A DNA stretch of 56,549 bases from Centroscyllium fabricii (lineage: Eukaryota). Location: contig JBNRSN020001150.1 of assembly GCA_051313645.2 (NCBI GenBank), forward strand, positions 1-56,549, given 5' to 3'. A program made the position numbers and the translations under genes. Positions 1-13,523 of the stretch are shown piece after piece. The notes under the pieces were generated by a model, which saw nothing but the letters and a program-made list of their open reading frames with translations, had not been told where the DNA came from and ran no database searches. Positions within the stretch are counted from its first letter, which is position 1. Each line of letters opens with the position of its first letter.

Positions 1-338
1 AACCAGAATGGTACTTTTTATTCGCCTATGCTATTCTACGCTCCATTCCCAACAAGTTGGGGGGAGTCTTAGCCCTCCTATTTTCAATCTTTATCCTAAT
101 ATTGATTCCAATACTACACACCTCAAAACAACGGAGTAACACCTTCCGACCCATTACCCAACTTTTTTTCTGAACTCTTATAGCTAATACAATTGTTTTA
201 ACATGAATTGGAGGACAACCAGTTGAACAACCATTTATCTTAGTGGGCCAAATTGCTTCCATTACATATTTCTCATTGTTTCTTATTATTATTCCATTAA
301 CTAGTTTTTTCGAAAACAAAATGCTCAGCCTAAGTTAA
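1..338 (+). CDS. CYTB: Cytochrome b, 3' part (5' truncated by window)
   Basis: [22 protein letters not shown] motif; TAA at 336-338. Confidence 0.97.
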
Positions 339-339
339 T

Positions 340-412
340 GTTTTGGTAGCTTAAATATAAAAGCGTCGGCCTTGTAAGCCGAAGACCGGGGGTGTAAACC
401 CTCCCCAAAACA
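340..412 (+). tRNA. trnT: tRNA-Thr (TGT)
   Basis: Cloverleaf, tcggc-ctTGTaa-gccga; position after CYTB. Confidence 0.92.
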
Positions 413-414
413 CA

Positions 415-483
415 TCAGGGAAAGGAGGGTTAAACTCCTGCCGTTGGCCCCCAAAGCCAATATTCTGCCTAAACTGCCCCCTG
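415..483 (-). tRNA. trnP: tRNA-Pro (TGG)
   Basis: Reverse complement ttggc-ttTGGgg-gccaa. Confidence 0.92.
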
Positions 484-1443
484 ATTCCTAAAAATGGTGC
501 TCCCGATTCCTAAAAAGGATGCCAAAACATCATTTTTTGGAGTAAGTCAGTTGTACATATATATGATATAGCCCCATTATCCTAATATACCACATACAAC
601 ATACATGTATAATCACCATACATAGATATACCCCATCTATATAACATATCTATGTATAATACTCATTCATCTATAATCCTCACCTTCATTACATACATGA
701 TTAACCCACATTTTTCTAATCTTTCCATAAATTCATTACACAAATATTTCTAACCCACATTAATCTAAAAATCAATAAATCATATCCCATTAATACACTT
801 AATCCCTATTTTTATGAGAATCAAATTTCTACTAGGGAAAACTCGAGACCACCAATGATTCCTTATAAAGTATATAGTGTACGGTTTGTAGTACTGTAGA
901 CAATAATTCCCCTATAAGTGATTAAATGCCGGCATTTGGCTATCTCAAACTACTAACAGTTCAATACGTATCACCCATCCAGACCGCTAGTTCCCTTTAA
1001 TGCCATTCTACTCTTATCCGTATCAAGATTTCTCGAGCCTCCCTACCTTTTTTTTTTTGGGATGAAAACAATCGCTAGGCCTACGGGCCTTAAAAAAAAG
1101 GCTCACAGTTAAATCCGAACACATCTAGACATTAATCTAATATATTAAATTATTGAATCCACGAACAGTAGTCATTAAGTTGACCATTCTGTGTCAAGTG
1201 TATAGAGCCTATGAATTATGTAAGACACTATTTTATTTCGCGCTTAATATAACATAGGTTTAATAAATACACGTTATTAACCCCCATTAATCTTGGTAAT
1301 ACAATTTATTTAATGAGAGTTTACATTCAGTTACTTAACACATACTTCACTATCGGACATAAACATTAGACTTTTCACTATTTTTTATAAAGTGCCCCTT
1401 GGGTAACGAAGAGAAGGACGACTGTTTGTTAATTTTTTTTTTT

Positions 1444-1467
1444 GGGAAAAACCCCCCTACCCCCCTA
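1444..1467 (+). promoter_or_regulatory. CSB-II (C6-TA-C6)
   Basis: aaaaacccccctaccccccta matches fish CSB-2 consensus. Confidence 0.85.
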
Positions 1468-1484
1468 ATATACAGAATGGCTTT

Positions 1485-1513
1485 TCTCGAAAAACCCCTA
1501 AAACGAGGGCCGA
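1485..1513 (+). promoter_or_regulatory. CSB-III-like block
   Basis: tcgaaaaacccctaaaacga downstream of CSB-II. Confidence 0.7.
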
Positions 1514-1586
1514 ATGCATATTTTAAATTTTTTAAATGTGGAAAAAATTCACTATACATTGTTGCAGTTGTGTTGCACAATGTGAC

Positions 1587-1654
1587 GCTAGTGTAGCTTA
1601 TTGAAAGTATGGCACTGAAAATGCTAAGATGAGATTTAAAAATTTCCGCGGGCA
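1587..1654 (+). tRNA. trnF: tRNA-Phe (GAA)
   Basis: gctagtgtagctta...ctGAAaa; precedes 12S. Confidence 0.92.
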
Positions 1655-2610
1655 CAAAAGGTTTGGTCCTAGCCTCAGTATTAATTGCAACTAGAATTAT
1701 ACATGCAAGTTTCAGCACCCCTGTGAGAATGCCCTTATCAGCCTGTCAGCTGATAAGGAGCGGGTATCAGGCACACGCACGTAGCCCAAGACGCCTTGTT
1801 AAGCCACACCCCCAAGGGACTTCAGCAGTAATAAACATTGATTTTATAAGCGCAAGCTTGAATCAGTTATAGTTAGCTGGGTTGGTAAATCTCGTGCCAG
1901 CCACCGCGGTTATACGAGTGACCCTAATTAACACTTCCCCGGCGTAAAGAGTGGTTTAAGAAAAATCTCCAAATAATTAAAGTTAAAACCCCATTAAGCT
2001 GTTATACGCTCTCATGGGTGGAATCATCAACAACGAAAGTAATTTTATATCATCAGACCTCTTGATGCCACGATAGTTGGGCCCCAAACTAGGATTAGAT
2101 ACCCTACTATGCCCAACCACAAACTTAGACAATAATCTACCATATTGTCCGCCAGAGTACTACAAGCGCTAGCTTAAAACCCAAAGGACTTGGCGGTACT
2201 CCAGACCCCCCTAGAGGAGCCTGTTCTATAATCGATAATCCCCGTTAAACCTCACCACTTCTTGCCAATACCGCCTATATACCGCCGTCGTCAGCTCACC
2301 CTGTGAAGGACTAAAAGTAAGCAAAAAGAACTATCTCCCATACGTCAGGTCAAGGTGTAGCGAATGAAGTGGAAAGAAATGGGCTACATTCTCTGCTAAG
2401 AGAACACGAATAGTGGACTGAAAACCCACTTCAAGGTGGATTTAGTAGTAAGGAAAAATCAGAGAGTTTTCCTGAAATTGGCTCTGGAATGCGCACACAC
2501 CGCCCGTCACTCTCCTCAACAAAACCTTTATTTTTTTACATAAAACCTTTATTTTATAAAGAGGAGGCAAGTCGTAACATGGTAAGTGTACTGGAAAGTG
2601 CACTTGGAAT
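1655..2610 (+). rRNA. rrnS: 12S rRNA
   Basis: gtgccagccaccgcggttatacg, ggattagataccc, aagtcgtaacatggtaagt. Confidence 0.97.
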
Positions 2611-2682
2611 CAAAATGTAGCTAAATTAGTAAAGCACCTCCCTTACACCGAGGAGAAGCCCATGCGACTTGGGCCATTTTGA
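2611..2682 (+). tRNA. trnV: tRNA-Val (TAC)
   Basis: caaaatg...cattttg acceptor stem, ctTACac loop. Confidence 0.92.
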
Positions 2683-4355
2683 ACATTAAAGCTAGCCTAA
2701 CCAATTGTATAAACACAACCACATCAATTATATCCACCCCCCTACTACCTAATTAAAACATTTTATGCCTTTTAGTATCGGTGATAGAACAATAGATCAG
2801 CGCAATAGACCATGTACCGCAAGGGAAAGCTGAAAAAGAAATGAAATAAATAATTAAAGTAATAAAAAGCAGAGACTCAACCTCGTACCTTTTGCATCAT
2901 GATTTAGCTAGATTAACTAGGCAAAGAGATCTTAAGTCTATCTTCCCGAAACTAAACGAGCTACCCCGAAGCAGCACATTAGAGCCAACCCGTCTCTGTG
3001 GCAAAAGAGTGGGAAGACTTCCGAGTAGCGGTGATAAACCTACCGAGTTTAGTGATAGCTGGTTACCCAAGAAAAGAACTTAAATTCTACATTAATTTTT
3101 TCATGTCAACTAAGAATATCTTCTTAAGACTAAAAATAAGGATTAATAGCTATTTAGAAGAGGTACAGCCCTTCTAAATTAAGAAACAACTTTTAAAGGA
3201 GGGTAATGATCATATTTATTAAAGGTCTCTTTCCCCAGTGGGCCTAAAAGCAGCCACCTGTAAAGTAAGCGTCATAGCTCCAGCTTTTTACAAAACCTAT
3301 AATTTAGATACTATCTCACAACCCCCTTACCTGTATTGGGTTATTTTATTTAATAAAAGAACTTATGCTAAAATGAGTAATAAGAGGCCAAAACCTCTCC
3401 TAACACAAGTGTACATCAGAAAGAATTAAATCACTGATAATTAAACGAACCCAAACTGAGGACATAATAATAATTTACTATTAACTAGAAAACCCTATTT
3501 AATTATTCGTTAACCCAACACAGGAGTGTACTAAGGAAAGATTAAAAGAAAATAAAGGAACTCGGCAAACATAAACTCCGCCTGTTTACCAAAAACATCG
3601 CCTCTTGCTCAACTTCTATAAGAGGTCCCGCCTGCCCTGTGACATTGTTTAACGGCCGCGGTATTTTGACCGTGCAAAGGTAGCGTAATCACTTGTCTTT
3701 TAAATGAAGACCCGTATGAAAGGCATCACGAGAGTTTAACTGTCTCTATTTTCTAATCAATGAAATTGATCTTCTCGTGCAGAAGCGAGAATACACCCAT
3801 TAGACGAGAAGACCCTATGGAGCTTTAAACACATAAATTAATTATGTAAAATTATAATTCTACGGAAATAAACTAACTATATAATACTCCTAATTTAACT
3901 GTTTTTGGTTGGGGTGACCAAGGGGAAAAGAAAATCCCCCTTATCGATCGAGTATTCAATACTTAAAAATTAGAACGACAGTTCTTATTAATAAAATATT
4001 TACCGAAAAATGACCCAGAATTTTCTGATCATTGAACCAAGTTACCCTAGGGATAACAGCGCAATCCTTTCCAAGAGTCCCTATCGCCGAAAGGGTTTAC
4101 GACCTCGATGTTGGATCAGGACATCCTAATAGTGCAACCGTTATTAAGGGTTCGTTTGTTCAACGATTAATAGTCCTACGTGATCTGAGTTCAGACCGGA
4201 GAAATCCAGGTCAGTTTCTATCTATGAACTTATTTTTTCTAGTACGAAAGGACCGAAAAAATGGAGCCAATACCAAATGGCACGCTCCTTTTTCATCTAC
4301 TGAAATAAACTAAATTAGGTAAGAAAAAATTGCCTGCAAACCCAAGATAAGGGTT
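2683..4355 (+). rRNA. rrnL: 16S rRNA
   Basis: cgcctgtttaccaaaaacat, gacgagaagaccctatggagc, acgtgatctgagttcagaccgg. Confidence 0.97.
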
Positions 4356-4430
4356 GTTAGGGTGGCAGAGCCTGGTAAATGCAAAAGACCTAAATCCTTT
4401 GACTCAGAGGTTCAAATCCTCTTCCTAATT
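4356..4430 (+). tRNA. trnL2: tRNA-Leu(UUR) (TAA)
   Basis: tggcagagcctggtaa D-arm (mTERF-site-like tridecamer), TAA anticodon. Confidence 0.92.
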
Positions 4431-5405
4431 ATGTTACAACATATTTTACTCTACCTCGTAAACCCAATTGCCTACATTATCCCTATTCTCCTGGCCACAG
4501 CTTTTCTAACTTTAGTAGAACGAAAAATTCTTGGCTATATACAACACCGCAAAGGCCCTAATATTGTAGGACCCTACGGTCTCCTCCAACCAATTGCAGA
4601 TGGCGTAAAACTATTTATTAAAGAACCCGTACGCCCTTCAACATCCTCTCCACTTTTATTTTTAGCTACTCCAATTACAGCACTTACTTTAGCTCTCCTT
4701 ATATGAATACCCCTCCCACTACCACATTCAATTATTAACCTTAACCTTGGTCTCCTATTTATCCTAGCAGTCTCAAGTATAACTGTTTATACAATCCTAG
4801 GCTCAGGGTGAGCATCAAATTCAAAATATGCTCTCATAGGAGCCCTACGAGCTGTAGCACAAACCATCTCTTACGAAGTCACACTGGGCCTCATCTTGTT
4901 ATCAATAATTATCTTTGCGGGCGGATTTACACTTCATACATTTAATTTAACACAAGAAGCAATCTGATTGTTAATTCCCGGCTGACCTCTAGCCATAATG
5001 TGATACATCTCAACATTAGCAGAAACTAATCGAGCCCCCTTTGATTTAACTGAGGGAGAGTCAGAATTAGTTTCAGGTTTTAACGTTGAGTATGCAGGTG
5101 GTTCATTTGCCTTATTTTTCCTAGCCGAATATACAAATATTTTAATAATAAATACCCTTTCCGTTATTCTATTCATAGGCTCATCATATAACCCAACAAT
5201 ACCACAAATCTCAACATTTTACTTAATAATAAAAGCAACACTACTAACCTTTATTTTTTTATGAATTCGAGCATCATACCCCCGCTTCCGTTATGACCAA
5301 CTTATACACCTCGTGTGAAAAAACTTTTTACCACTTACCCTAGCTCTCGTCCTATGACACATCGCCCTCCCACTCACCATAGCCAGCCTTCCCCCACTAT
5401 CCTAA
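4431..5405 (+). CDS. ND1: NADH dehydrogenase subunit 1
   Basis: ATG..TAA 975 bp; [28 protein letters not shown]. Confidence 0.97.
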
Positions 5406-5407
5406 GT

Positions 5408-5477
5408 GGAAGTGTGCCTGAATTAAAGGGCCACTTTGATAGAGTGGATTATGAAAGTTAAAACCTCTCCACTTCCT
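5408..5477 (+). tRNA. trnI: tRNA-Ile (GAT)
   Basis: ccact-ttGATag-agtgg. Confidence 0.92.
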
Positions 5478-5547
5478 AGAAAGATAGGACTTGAACCTAT
5501 ACCCAAGAGATCAAAACTCTTAGTACTTCCAATTATACCACTTCCTA
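5476..5547 (-). tRNA. trnQ: tRNA-Gln (TTG)
   Basis: IQM cluster; minus-strand cloverleaf. Confidence 0.9.
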
Positions 5548-5616
5548 AGTAAAGTCAGCTAATTAAGCTTTTGGGCCCATACCCCAACCATGTTGGTTAA
5601 AATCCTTCCTCTACTA
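5548..5616 (+). tRNA. trnM: tRNA-Met (CAT)
   Basis: ttggg-ccCATac-cccaa. Confidence 0.92.
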
Positions 5617-6663
5617 ATGAACCCAGTAGTACTAACCATTATTATTTCAAGTTTAGGATTAGGAACAATAATAACATTCATTGGGTCTCATTGATTACTA
5701 GTCTGAATAGGCCTCGAAATTAATACCCTAGCTATTATCCCCATAATAATACATCAACACCACCCACGAGCAGTAGAAGCAGCTACAAAATATTTTCTAA
5801 CACAAGCGACTGCCTCTGCCTTATTATTATTTGCCAGCATCACAAACGCCTGAACCCTGGGCGAGTGAAGCTTGCTTGAAATACTTAATCCAACCTCTGC
5901 CGCACTCGCCACCATCGCACTAGCTTTAAAAATTGGGATTGCACCAATACATTTCTGACTGCCAGAAGTACTCCAAGGACTAAACCTCACTACAGGCTTA
6001 ATTTTAGCTACATGGCAAAAACTTGCCCCATTCGCTATTCTTCTGCAACTCTACCCAATGCTCAATTCAAATTTACTATTATTCTTGGGCGTATTATCAA
6101 TTGTAATTGGAGGCTGAGGCGGTTTAAATCAAACTCAACTACGAAAAATTTTAGCTTACTCATCAATTGCCCACCTTGGATGAATAATTACAATTTTACA
6201 TTACTCCCCAAATCTTACACAACTTAATCTTGCCTTATATATTATTATAACTCTCACAACTTTCCTTCTTTTTAAACTCCTTAACACTACCAAAATTAAT
6301 TCTCTCGCTATTTCTGCAATTAAATCCCCACTCCTCTCCACAATTACCCTAATAACACTTCTGTCCCTTGGAGGTTTACCCCCCCTTTCAGGTTTTATAC
6401 CAAAATGATTAATTTTACAAGAACTAACCAAACAAAACCTAAATATCCCAGCCACCATTATAGCCCTAGCTACCCTCCTCAGTCTATTCTTTTACCTCCG
6501 CCTATGCTATACCACAGCATTAACTATCCCCCCAAACACTATTTACCTAACATCCTCTTGACGAATAAAATCACTACAACCAAATCTTATATTAATAATA
6601 ACCGCTTCACTTTCCATCCTGCTTTTACCACTAACACCTGCTATTTTTATATTGACCCTCTAA
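5617..6663 (+). CDS. ND2: NADH dehydrogenase subunit 2
   Basis: ATG..TAA 1047 bp; [29 protein letters not shown]. Confidence 0.97.
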
Positions 6664-6731
6664 GAAATTTAGGTTAAATAGACCATAAGCCTTCAAAGCT
6701 TCTAGCAGGAGTGAAAATCCCCTAATTTCTG
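6663..6731 (+). tRNA. trnW: tRNA-Trp (TCA)
   Basis: ctTCAaa loop; WANCY cluster. Confidence 0.92.
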
Positions 6732-6732
6732 T

Positions 6733-6801
6733 TAAGACTTGCAAGACTTTATCTCACATCTTCTGAATGCAACCCAGATACTTTTATTAAGCTAAAATCT
6801 T
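6733..6801 (-). tRNA. trnA: tRNA-Ala (TGC)
   Basis: WANCY cluster. Confidence 0.9.
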
Positions 6802-6874
6802 CTAGATAAATAGGCCTTGATCCTACAAAATCTTAGTTAACAGCTAAGTGTTCTATCCAGTGAACTTTTATCTA
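6802..6874 (-). tRNA. trnN: tRNA-Asn (GTT)
   Basis: cttag-ttaacag-ctaag arm. Confidence 0.9.
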
Positions 6875-6916
6875 CGGCTTCCTCCCGCCGTCAAAACTGG
6901 GAGGCGGGAGAAGCCC
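6875..6916. other. Origin of light-strand replication (OL) hairpin
   Basis: ggcttc(c)tcccgcc / ggcgggagaagcc inverted repeat between trnN and trnC. Confidence 0.9.
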
Positions 6917-6979
6917 GGGGAGGAGTCAACCTCCGGTTTTTGGATTTGCAATCCAACGTGTACATTCACTGCAAGACTT
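6911..6979 (-). tRNA. trnC: tRNA-Cys (GCA)
   Basis: ttgga-tttgcaa-tccaa arm. Confidence 0.88.
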
Positions 6980-7047
6980 GGTAAGAGGGGGAGTTTAACC
7001 TCCATTTACGGGGTTACAATCCGCCACTTATTCTCAGTCACCTTACC
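6979..7047 (-). tRNA. trnY: tRNA-Tyr (GTA)
   Basis: ggtaag/cttacc acceptor stem; GTA anticodon on minus strand. Confidence 0.88.
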
Positions 7048-7048
7048 T

Positions 7049-8605
<1,557 letters not shown>

Positions 8606-8676
8606 CAAGAAAGGAAGGAATCGAACCCCCATATTTTGATTTCAAATCAATTACATCACCACTCTGTCACTTTCTT
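8606..8676 (-). tRNA. trnS2: tRNA-Ser(UCN) (TGA)
   Basis: ttgat-ttcaa-atcaa arm; position after COX1. Confidence 0.9.
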
Positions 8677-8679
8677 TAT

Positions 8680-9446
<767 letters not shown>

Positions 9447-9520
9447 CATTAAGAAGCTATATTGGGTTTAGCATTAGCCTTTTAAGCTAAAAACTGGTGA
9501 CTCCCTACCACCCTTAGTGA
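9447..9520 (+). tRNA. trnK: tRNA-Lys (TTT)
   Basis: ttagc-ctTTTaa-gctaa. Confidence 0.9.
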
Positions 9521-9521
9521 T

Positions 9522-9689
9522 ATGCCTCAATTAAATCCTCACCCTTGATTTTTAATCTTAGTTTTTTCATGAATCTTTTTTCTAGCAATTCTACCAAAAA
9601 AAGTAATAACACATTTATTTAATAATGACCCTACTACAAAAAATGCTGAAAAACCTAAACCTGAGCCCTGAAATTGACCATGAACCTAA
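9522..9689 (+). CDS. ATP8: ATP synthase F0 subunit 8
   Basis: MPQLNPHPWF...WNWPWT*, 168 bp. Confidence 0.95.
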
Positions 9690-10363
9690 GTTTTTTTGAC
9701 CAATTCCTAAGCCCCTCCCTCCTCGGAATCCCACTAATTGCTTTAGCAATTATAATTCCATGATTAATTTTTCCTACACCAACCAATCGTTGATTAAATA
9801 ACCGACTTATAACCCTTCAATCTTGATTTATTAACCGATTTACATACCAACTTATACAACCTATAAACTTTGGGGGCCATAAATGAGCTACTATCCTAAC
9901 AGCTTTAATATTATTCTTAATTACTATTAATCTCCTTGGATTACTCCCATATACATTTACACCAACAACCCAATTATCACTTAATATAGCATTTGCCATC
10001 CCACTTTGATTAACAACTGTTTTTATTGGTATTTTCAACCAACCCACTATTGCCCTTGGACACCTTTTACCAGAAGGTACCCCAACATTACTAACTCCAA
10101 TCTTAATTATTATTGAAACTATTAGCCTATTTATTCGACCTCTAGCACTAGGAGTCCGACTAACTGCTAATTTAACAGCTGGTCATCTTCTAATACAATT
10201 AATTGCTACCGCAGCCTTTGTATTAATTTCTATTATACCAACAGTAGCCTTACTTACCTCCCTAGTCCTATTTTTACTAACTATTTTAGAAGTAGCTGTG
10301 GCAATAATTCAAGCATATGTTTTTGTCCTTTTATTAAGCTTATATTTACAAGAAAACGTCTAA
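9680..10363 (+). CDS. ATP6: ATP synthase F0 subunit 6
   Basis: 684 bp, 10-nt overlap with ATP8; [19 protein letters not shown]. Confidence 0.97.
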
Positions 10364-11148
10364 TGGCTCACCAAGCACATGCATATCATATAGTTGACCC
10401 CAGCCCATGACCACTAACAGGAGCTGTTGCTGCCTTACTAATAACATCAGGCCTAGCCGTCTGATTCCACTTCCACTCATTGTATCTCCTTTATTTAGGA
10501 CTGATTCTCTTATTCTTAACCATAATTCAATGATGACGAGACATTATTCGAGAAGGCACATTTCAGGGCCACCACACCCCACCAGTACAAAAAGGACTTC
10601 GTTACGGAATAATTCTATTTATTACATCAGAAGTTTTCTTTTTCCTTGGATTTTTCTGAGCCTTTTACCACTCAAGCCTCGCCCCAACACCAGAACTAGG
10701 CGGATGTTGACCACCAACAGGAATTTACCCACTAGACCCATTTGAAGTTCCACTATTAAATACTGCAGTCCTACTAGCATCCGGAATTACTGTAACCTGG
10801 GCTCACCATAGCCTTATAGAAGGTAACCGAAAAGAAGCAATTCAAGCCCTAACTTTAACCGTACTACTAGGCTTTTATTTTACAGCCCTTCAAGCCATAG
10901 AATATTATGAAGCCCCATTTACCATTGCCGACGGGGTTTATGGGTCAACATTTTTCGTTGCTACAGGCTTCCACGGCCTTCATGTTATTATTGGCTCAAC
11001 ATTTCTAATAGTTTGTCTATTACGACAAATTCAATATCATTTTACATCAGAACATCATTTTGGCTTCGAAGCCGCTGCATGATACTGACACTTTGTAGAT
11101 GTAGTATGATTATTCCTTTATGTTTCCATCTATTGATGAGGCTCATAA
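10363..11148 (+). CDS. COX3: Cytochrome c oxidase subunit III
   Basis: [17 protein letters not shown]; WYWHFVDVVW; 786 bp. Confidence 0.97.
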
Positions 11149-11150
11149 TT

Positions 11151-11220
11151 ACTTTTCTAGTATAAATTAGTACAAGTGATTTCCAATTATTTAATCTTGG
11201 TTAAAGTCCAAGGGAAAGTA
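11151..11220 (+). tRNA. trnG: tRNA-Gly (TCC)
   Basis: ttTCCaa loop; position between COX3 and ND3. Confidence 0.9.
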
Positions 11221-11571
11221 ATGAACCTCATCATATCGTGTGCCGCAACGACAGCCCTCATTTCCCTAATCCTTGCTTTAGTAACATTTTGACTGCCTTC
11301 ATTAAACCCAGATAATGAAAAATTATCCCCCTACGAATGCGGATTTGACCCCCTAGGTAGTGCACGTCTCCCCTTTTCTCTACGCTTTTTCCTTGTAGCA
11401 ATTTTATTTCTCCTATTTGACTTAGAAATTGCCCTTCTCCTTCCCCTTCCTTGAGGGGATCAACTACTGACACCACTTAACTCACTACTATGAGCAACAA
11501 GCATTATTATTTTATTAACCTTAGGCCTCATTTATGAATGACTTCAAGGTGGTCTTGAATGAGCAGAATAA
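11221..11571 (+). CDS. ND3: NADH dehydrogenase subunit 3
   Basis: [20 protein letters not shown]; 351 bp. Confidence 0.97.
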
Positions 11572-11573
11572 TA

Positions 11574-11644
11574 AGGTATTTAGTCCAAAAATAAGACCAC
11601 TAATTTCGACTTAGTAAATTATGGTGAAAACCCATAAATACCTT
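11574..11644 (+). tRNA. trnR: tRNA-Arg (TCG)
   Basis: actaa-ttTCGac-ttagt. Confidence 0.9.
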
Positions 11645-11941
11645 ATGTCCCCTGTCTACTTTACTTTTAGCTCAGCTTTCATTTTAGGCTTAATAGGCCT
11701 TGCATTTAACCGATCACATCTTTTATCAGCCCTACTATGTCTAGAAGGAATAATATTATCATTATTTATTGCCCTAGCCCTATGATCAATAACACTAAAT
11801 TCAACTTCATACTCAATTACCCCTATAATTCTTTTAACCTTCTCTGCCTGCGAGGCAAGTACAGGCCTTGCCCTCCTAGTTGCAGCCACACGAACCCATG
11901 GCTCCGACCACCTCCAAAACTTAAATTTACTACAATGTTAA
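11645..11941 (+). CDS. ND4L: NADH dehydrogenase subunit 4L
   Basis: [23 protein letters not shown]; 297 bp. Confidence 0.96.
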
Positions 11942-13315
11942 AAATTATTCTCCCCACAATTATATTATTTTCCATTACATGATTATCACCAAAAAAGTGA
12001 TTATGATCAACCATAACCTCCCACAGTCTTCTAATCGCATTATTTAGTTTAGTGTGATTTAAATGAAATACAGACATTGGGTGAGATTTTTCCAATAGTC
12101 TACTAGGTGTAGACCCCCTTTCCGCCCCACTACTTGTACTTACTTGCTGACTCTTACCCTTAATAATTCTAGCTAGCCAAAGTCATATTTCCACAGAGCC
12201 TATTATTCGTCAACGAATCTATATTACACTTTTAATTTTACTCCAAACTTTTCTCATTATAGCATTTAGTGCAACAGAACTAATCTTATTTTATATTATA
12301 TTCGAAGCCACACTAATCCCAACACTTATTATTATTACACGATGAGGTAATCAAACTGAACGCTTAAACGCAGGAATTTATTTTCTATTTTATACTTTAA
12401 TTGGGTCCCTCCCCCTACTTATTGCCCTTTTAACTATACAAAATGACTTAGGCTCCTTGTCCCTAATTATTAACCAATACTCCCAACCACTTAATTTATC
12501 TACCTGAGCAAGTAAATTTTGATGAACAGCCTGCCTTATTGCTTTCCTAGTAAAAATACCCCTTTATGGGGTACACCTTTGACTTCCTAAAGCCCACGTT
12601 GAAGCCCCCATTGCAGGCTCAATAATTTTAGCTGCAATTTTACTTAAATTAGGTGGTTATGGGTTAATACGAATTGTTGCTATACTCAACCCCTTAACTA
12701 AAGAAATATCATATCCATTTTTAATTTTAGCCATTTGAGGAGTTATTATAACCAGCTCAATCTGCCTTCGACAAGCCGACCTAAAATCCCTAATCGCCTA
12801 CTCATCAGTGAGTCATATAGGATTAGTGGCTGCAGCAATTATAATTCAAACACCATGAAGCTTTGCAGGAGCAATCACACTAATAATTGCACACGGATTG
12901 ATTTCATCAGCCCTATTTTGTTTAGCAAACACTAATTATGAACGCACCCACAGCCGAACACTACTTTTAACCCGCGGAATTCAAATTATTCTTCCACTAA
13001 TAGCAACTTGATGATTTATTACTAATATTGCTAACCTCGCCCTACCCCCTACTCCTAATTTAATAGGAGAACTTCTCATCATTTCCTCATTATTTAGCTG
13101 ATCTAACTGAACTATTTTATTAACAGGACTTGGAGTCTTAATTACAGCCTCATACTCCCTTTACATATTCTTAATAACCCAACGAGGACTTCCATCACAA
13201 CATTTATTATCCTTAAACCCCTCATATACACGAGAACACCTCCTCCTCAATCTCCATCTTCTTCCTATAATTTTATTAATTCTTAAACCAGAACTTATTT
13301 GAGGCTGAACCTTTT
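11935..13315 (+). CDS. ND4: NADH dehydrogenase subunit 4 (incomplete stop T)
   Basis: [16 protein letters not shown]; 1381 bp; 7-nt overlap with ND4L. Confidence 0.97.
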
Positions 13316-13384
13316 GTCATTATAGTTTAACAAAAACATTAGATTGTGGTTCTAAAAATAAAAGTTAAAATCTTTTTAATAACC
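13316..13384 (+). tRNA. trnH: tRNA-His (GTG)
   Basis: ttaga-ttGTGgt-tctaa. Confidence 0.9.
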
Positions 13385-13451
13385 AAGAGAGGTCTGGAAC
13401 ATAAAGAACTGCTAATTCTTCTTATCATGGTTCAATTCCATGGCTCACTTG
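13385..13451 (+). tRNA. trnS1: tRNA-Ser(AGY) (GCT), D-arm reduced
   Basis: aagaa-ctGCTaa-ttctt. Confidence 0.88.
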
Positions 13452-13523
13452 GCCCTTGAAAGATAATAGTTATCTATTGGTCTTAGGAACCGAAAACTCT
13501 TGGTGCAACTCCAAGCAAGAGCT
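13452..13523 (+). tRNA. trnL1: tRNA-Leu(CUN) (TAG)
   Basis: ggt-ctTAGga-acc. Confidence 0.9.

Larger units (their letters stand above)
484..1586. promoter_or_regulatory. Control region (D-loop)
   Basis: Non-coding, between trnP and trnF; TACAT/ATGTA TAS-like motifs ~550-700, T-tracts, CSB motifs. Confidence 0.95.

Noticed and set aside
550-770. Degenerate TACAT/ATGTAT and aacccacatt repeats in the control region
   Set aside because: These are typical TAS-domain motifs, with no regular repeat-spacer structure and no copy-number difference among units.
1733-1759. Strong inverted repeat ccttatcagc...gctgataagg
   Set aside because: It is an ordinary helix in the 5' domain of 12S rRNA.
3720-3803. 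Humanin-homologous frame in 16S (KASREFNCLYFLINEIDLLVQKREYTH*)
   Set aside because: The position of the humanin ATG is AAG and it is preceded by an in-frame TGA. The similarity is explained by rRNA conservation.
4362-4706. Apparently truncated genes (ND1, COX2, ND5, CYTB fragments in the ORF track)
   Set aside because: They end at TGA, which is Trp in the vertebrate mitochondrial code. The genes are full length in unit 1.
13385-13451. tRNA-Ser(AGY) lacking a normal D arm, GTG start of COX1, incomplete stop codons, ATP8/ATP6 and ND4L/ND4 overlaps
   Set aside because: All are standard features of fish mitogenomes.
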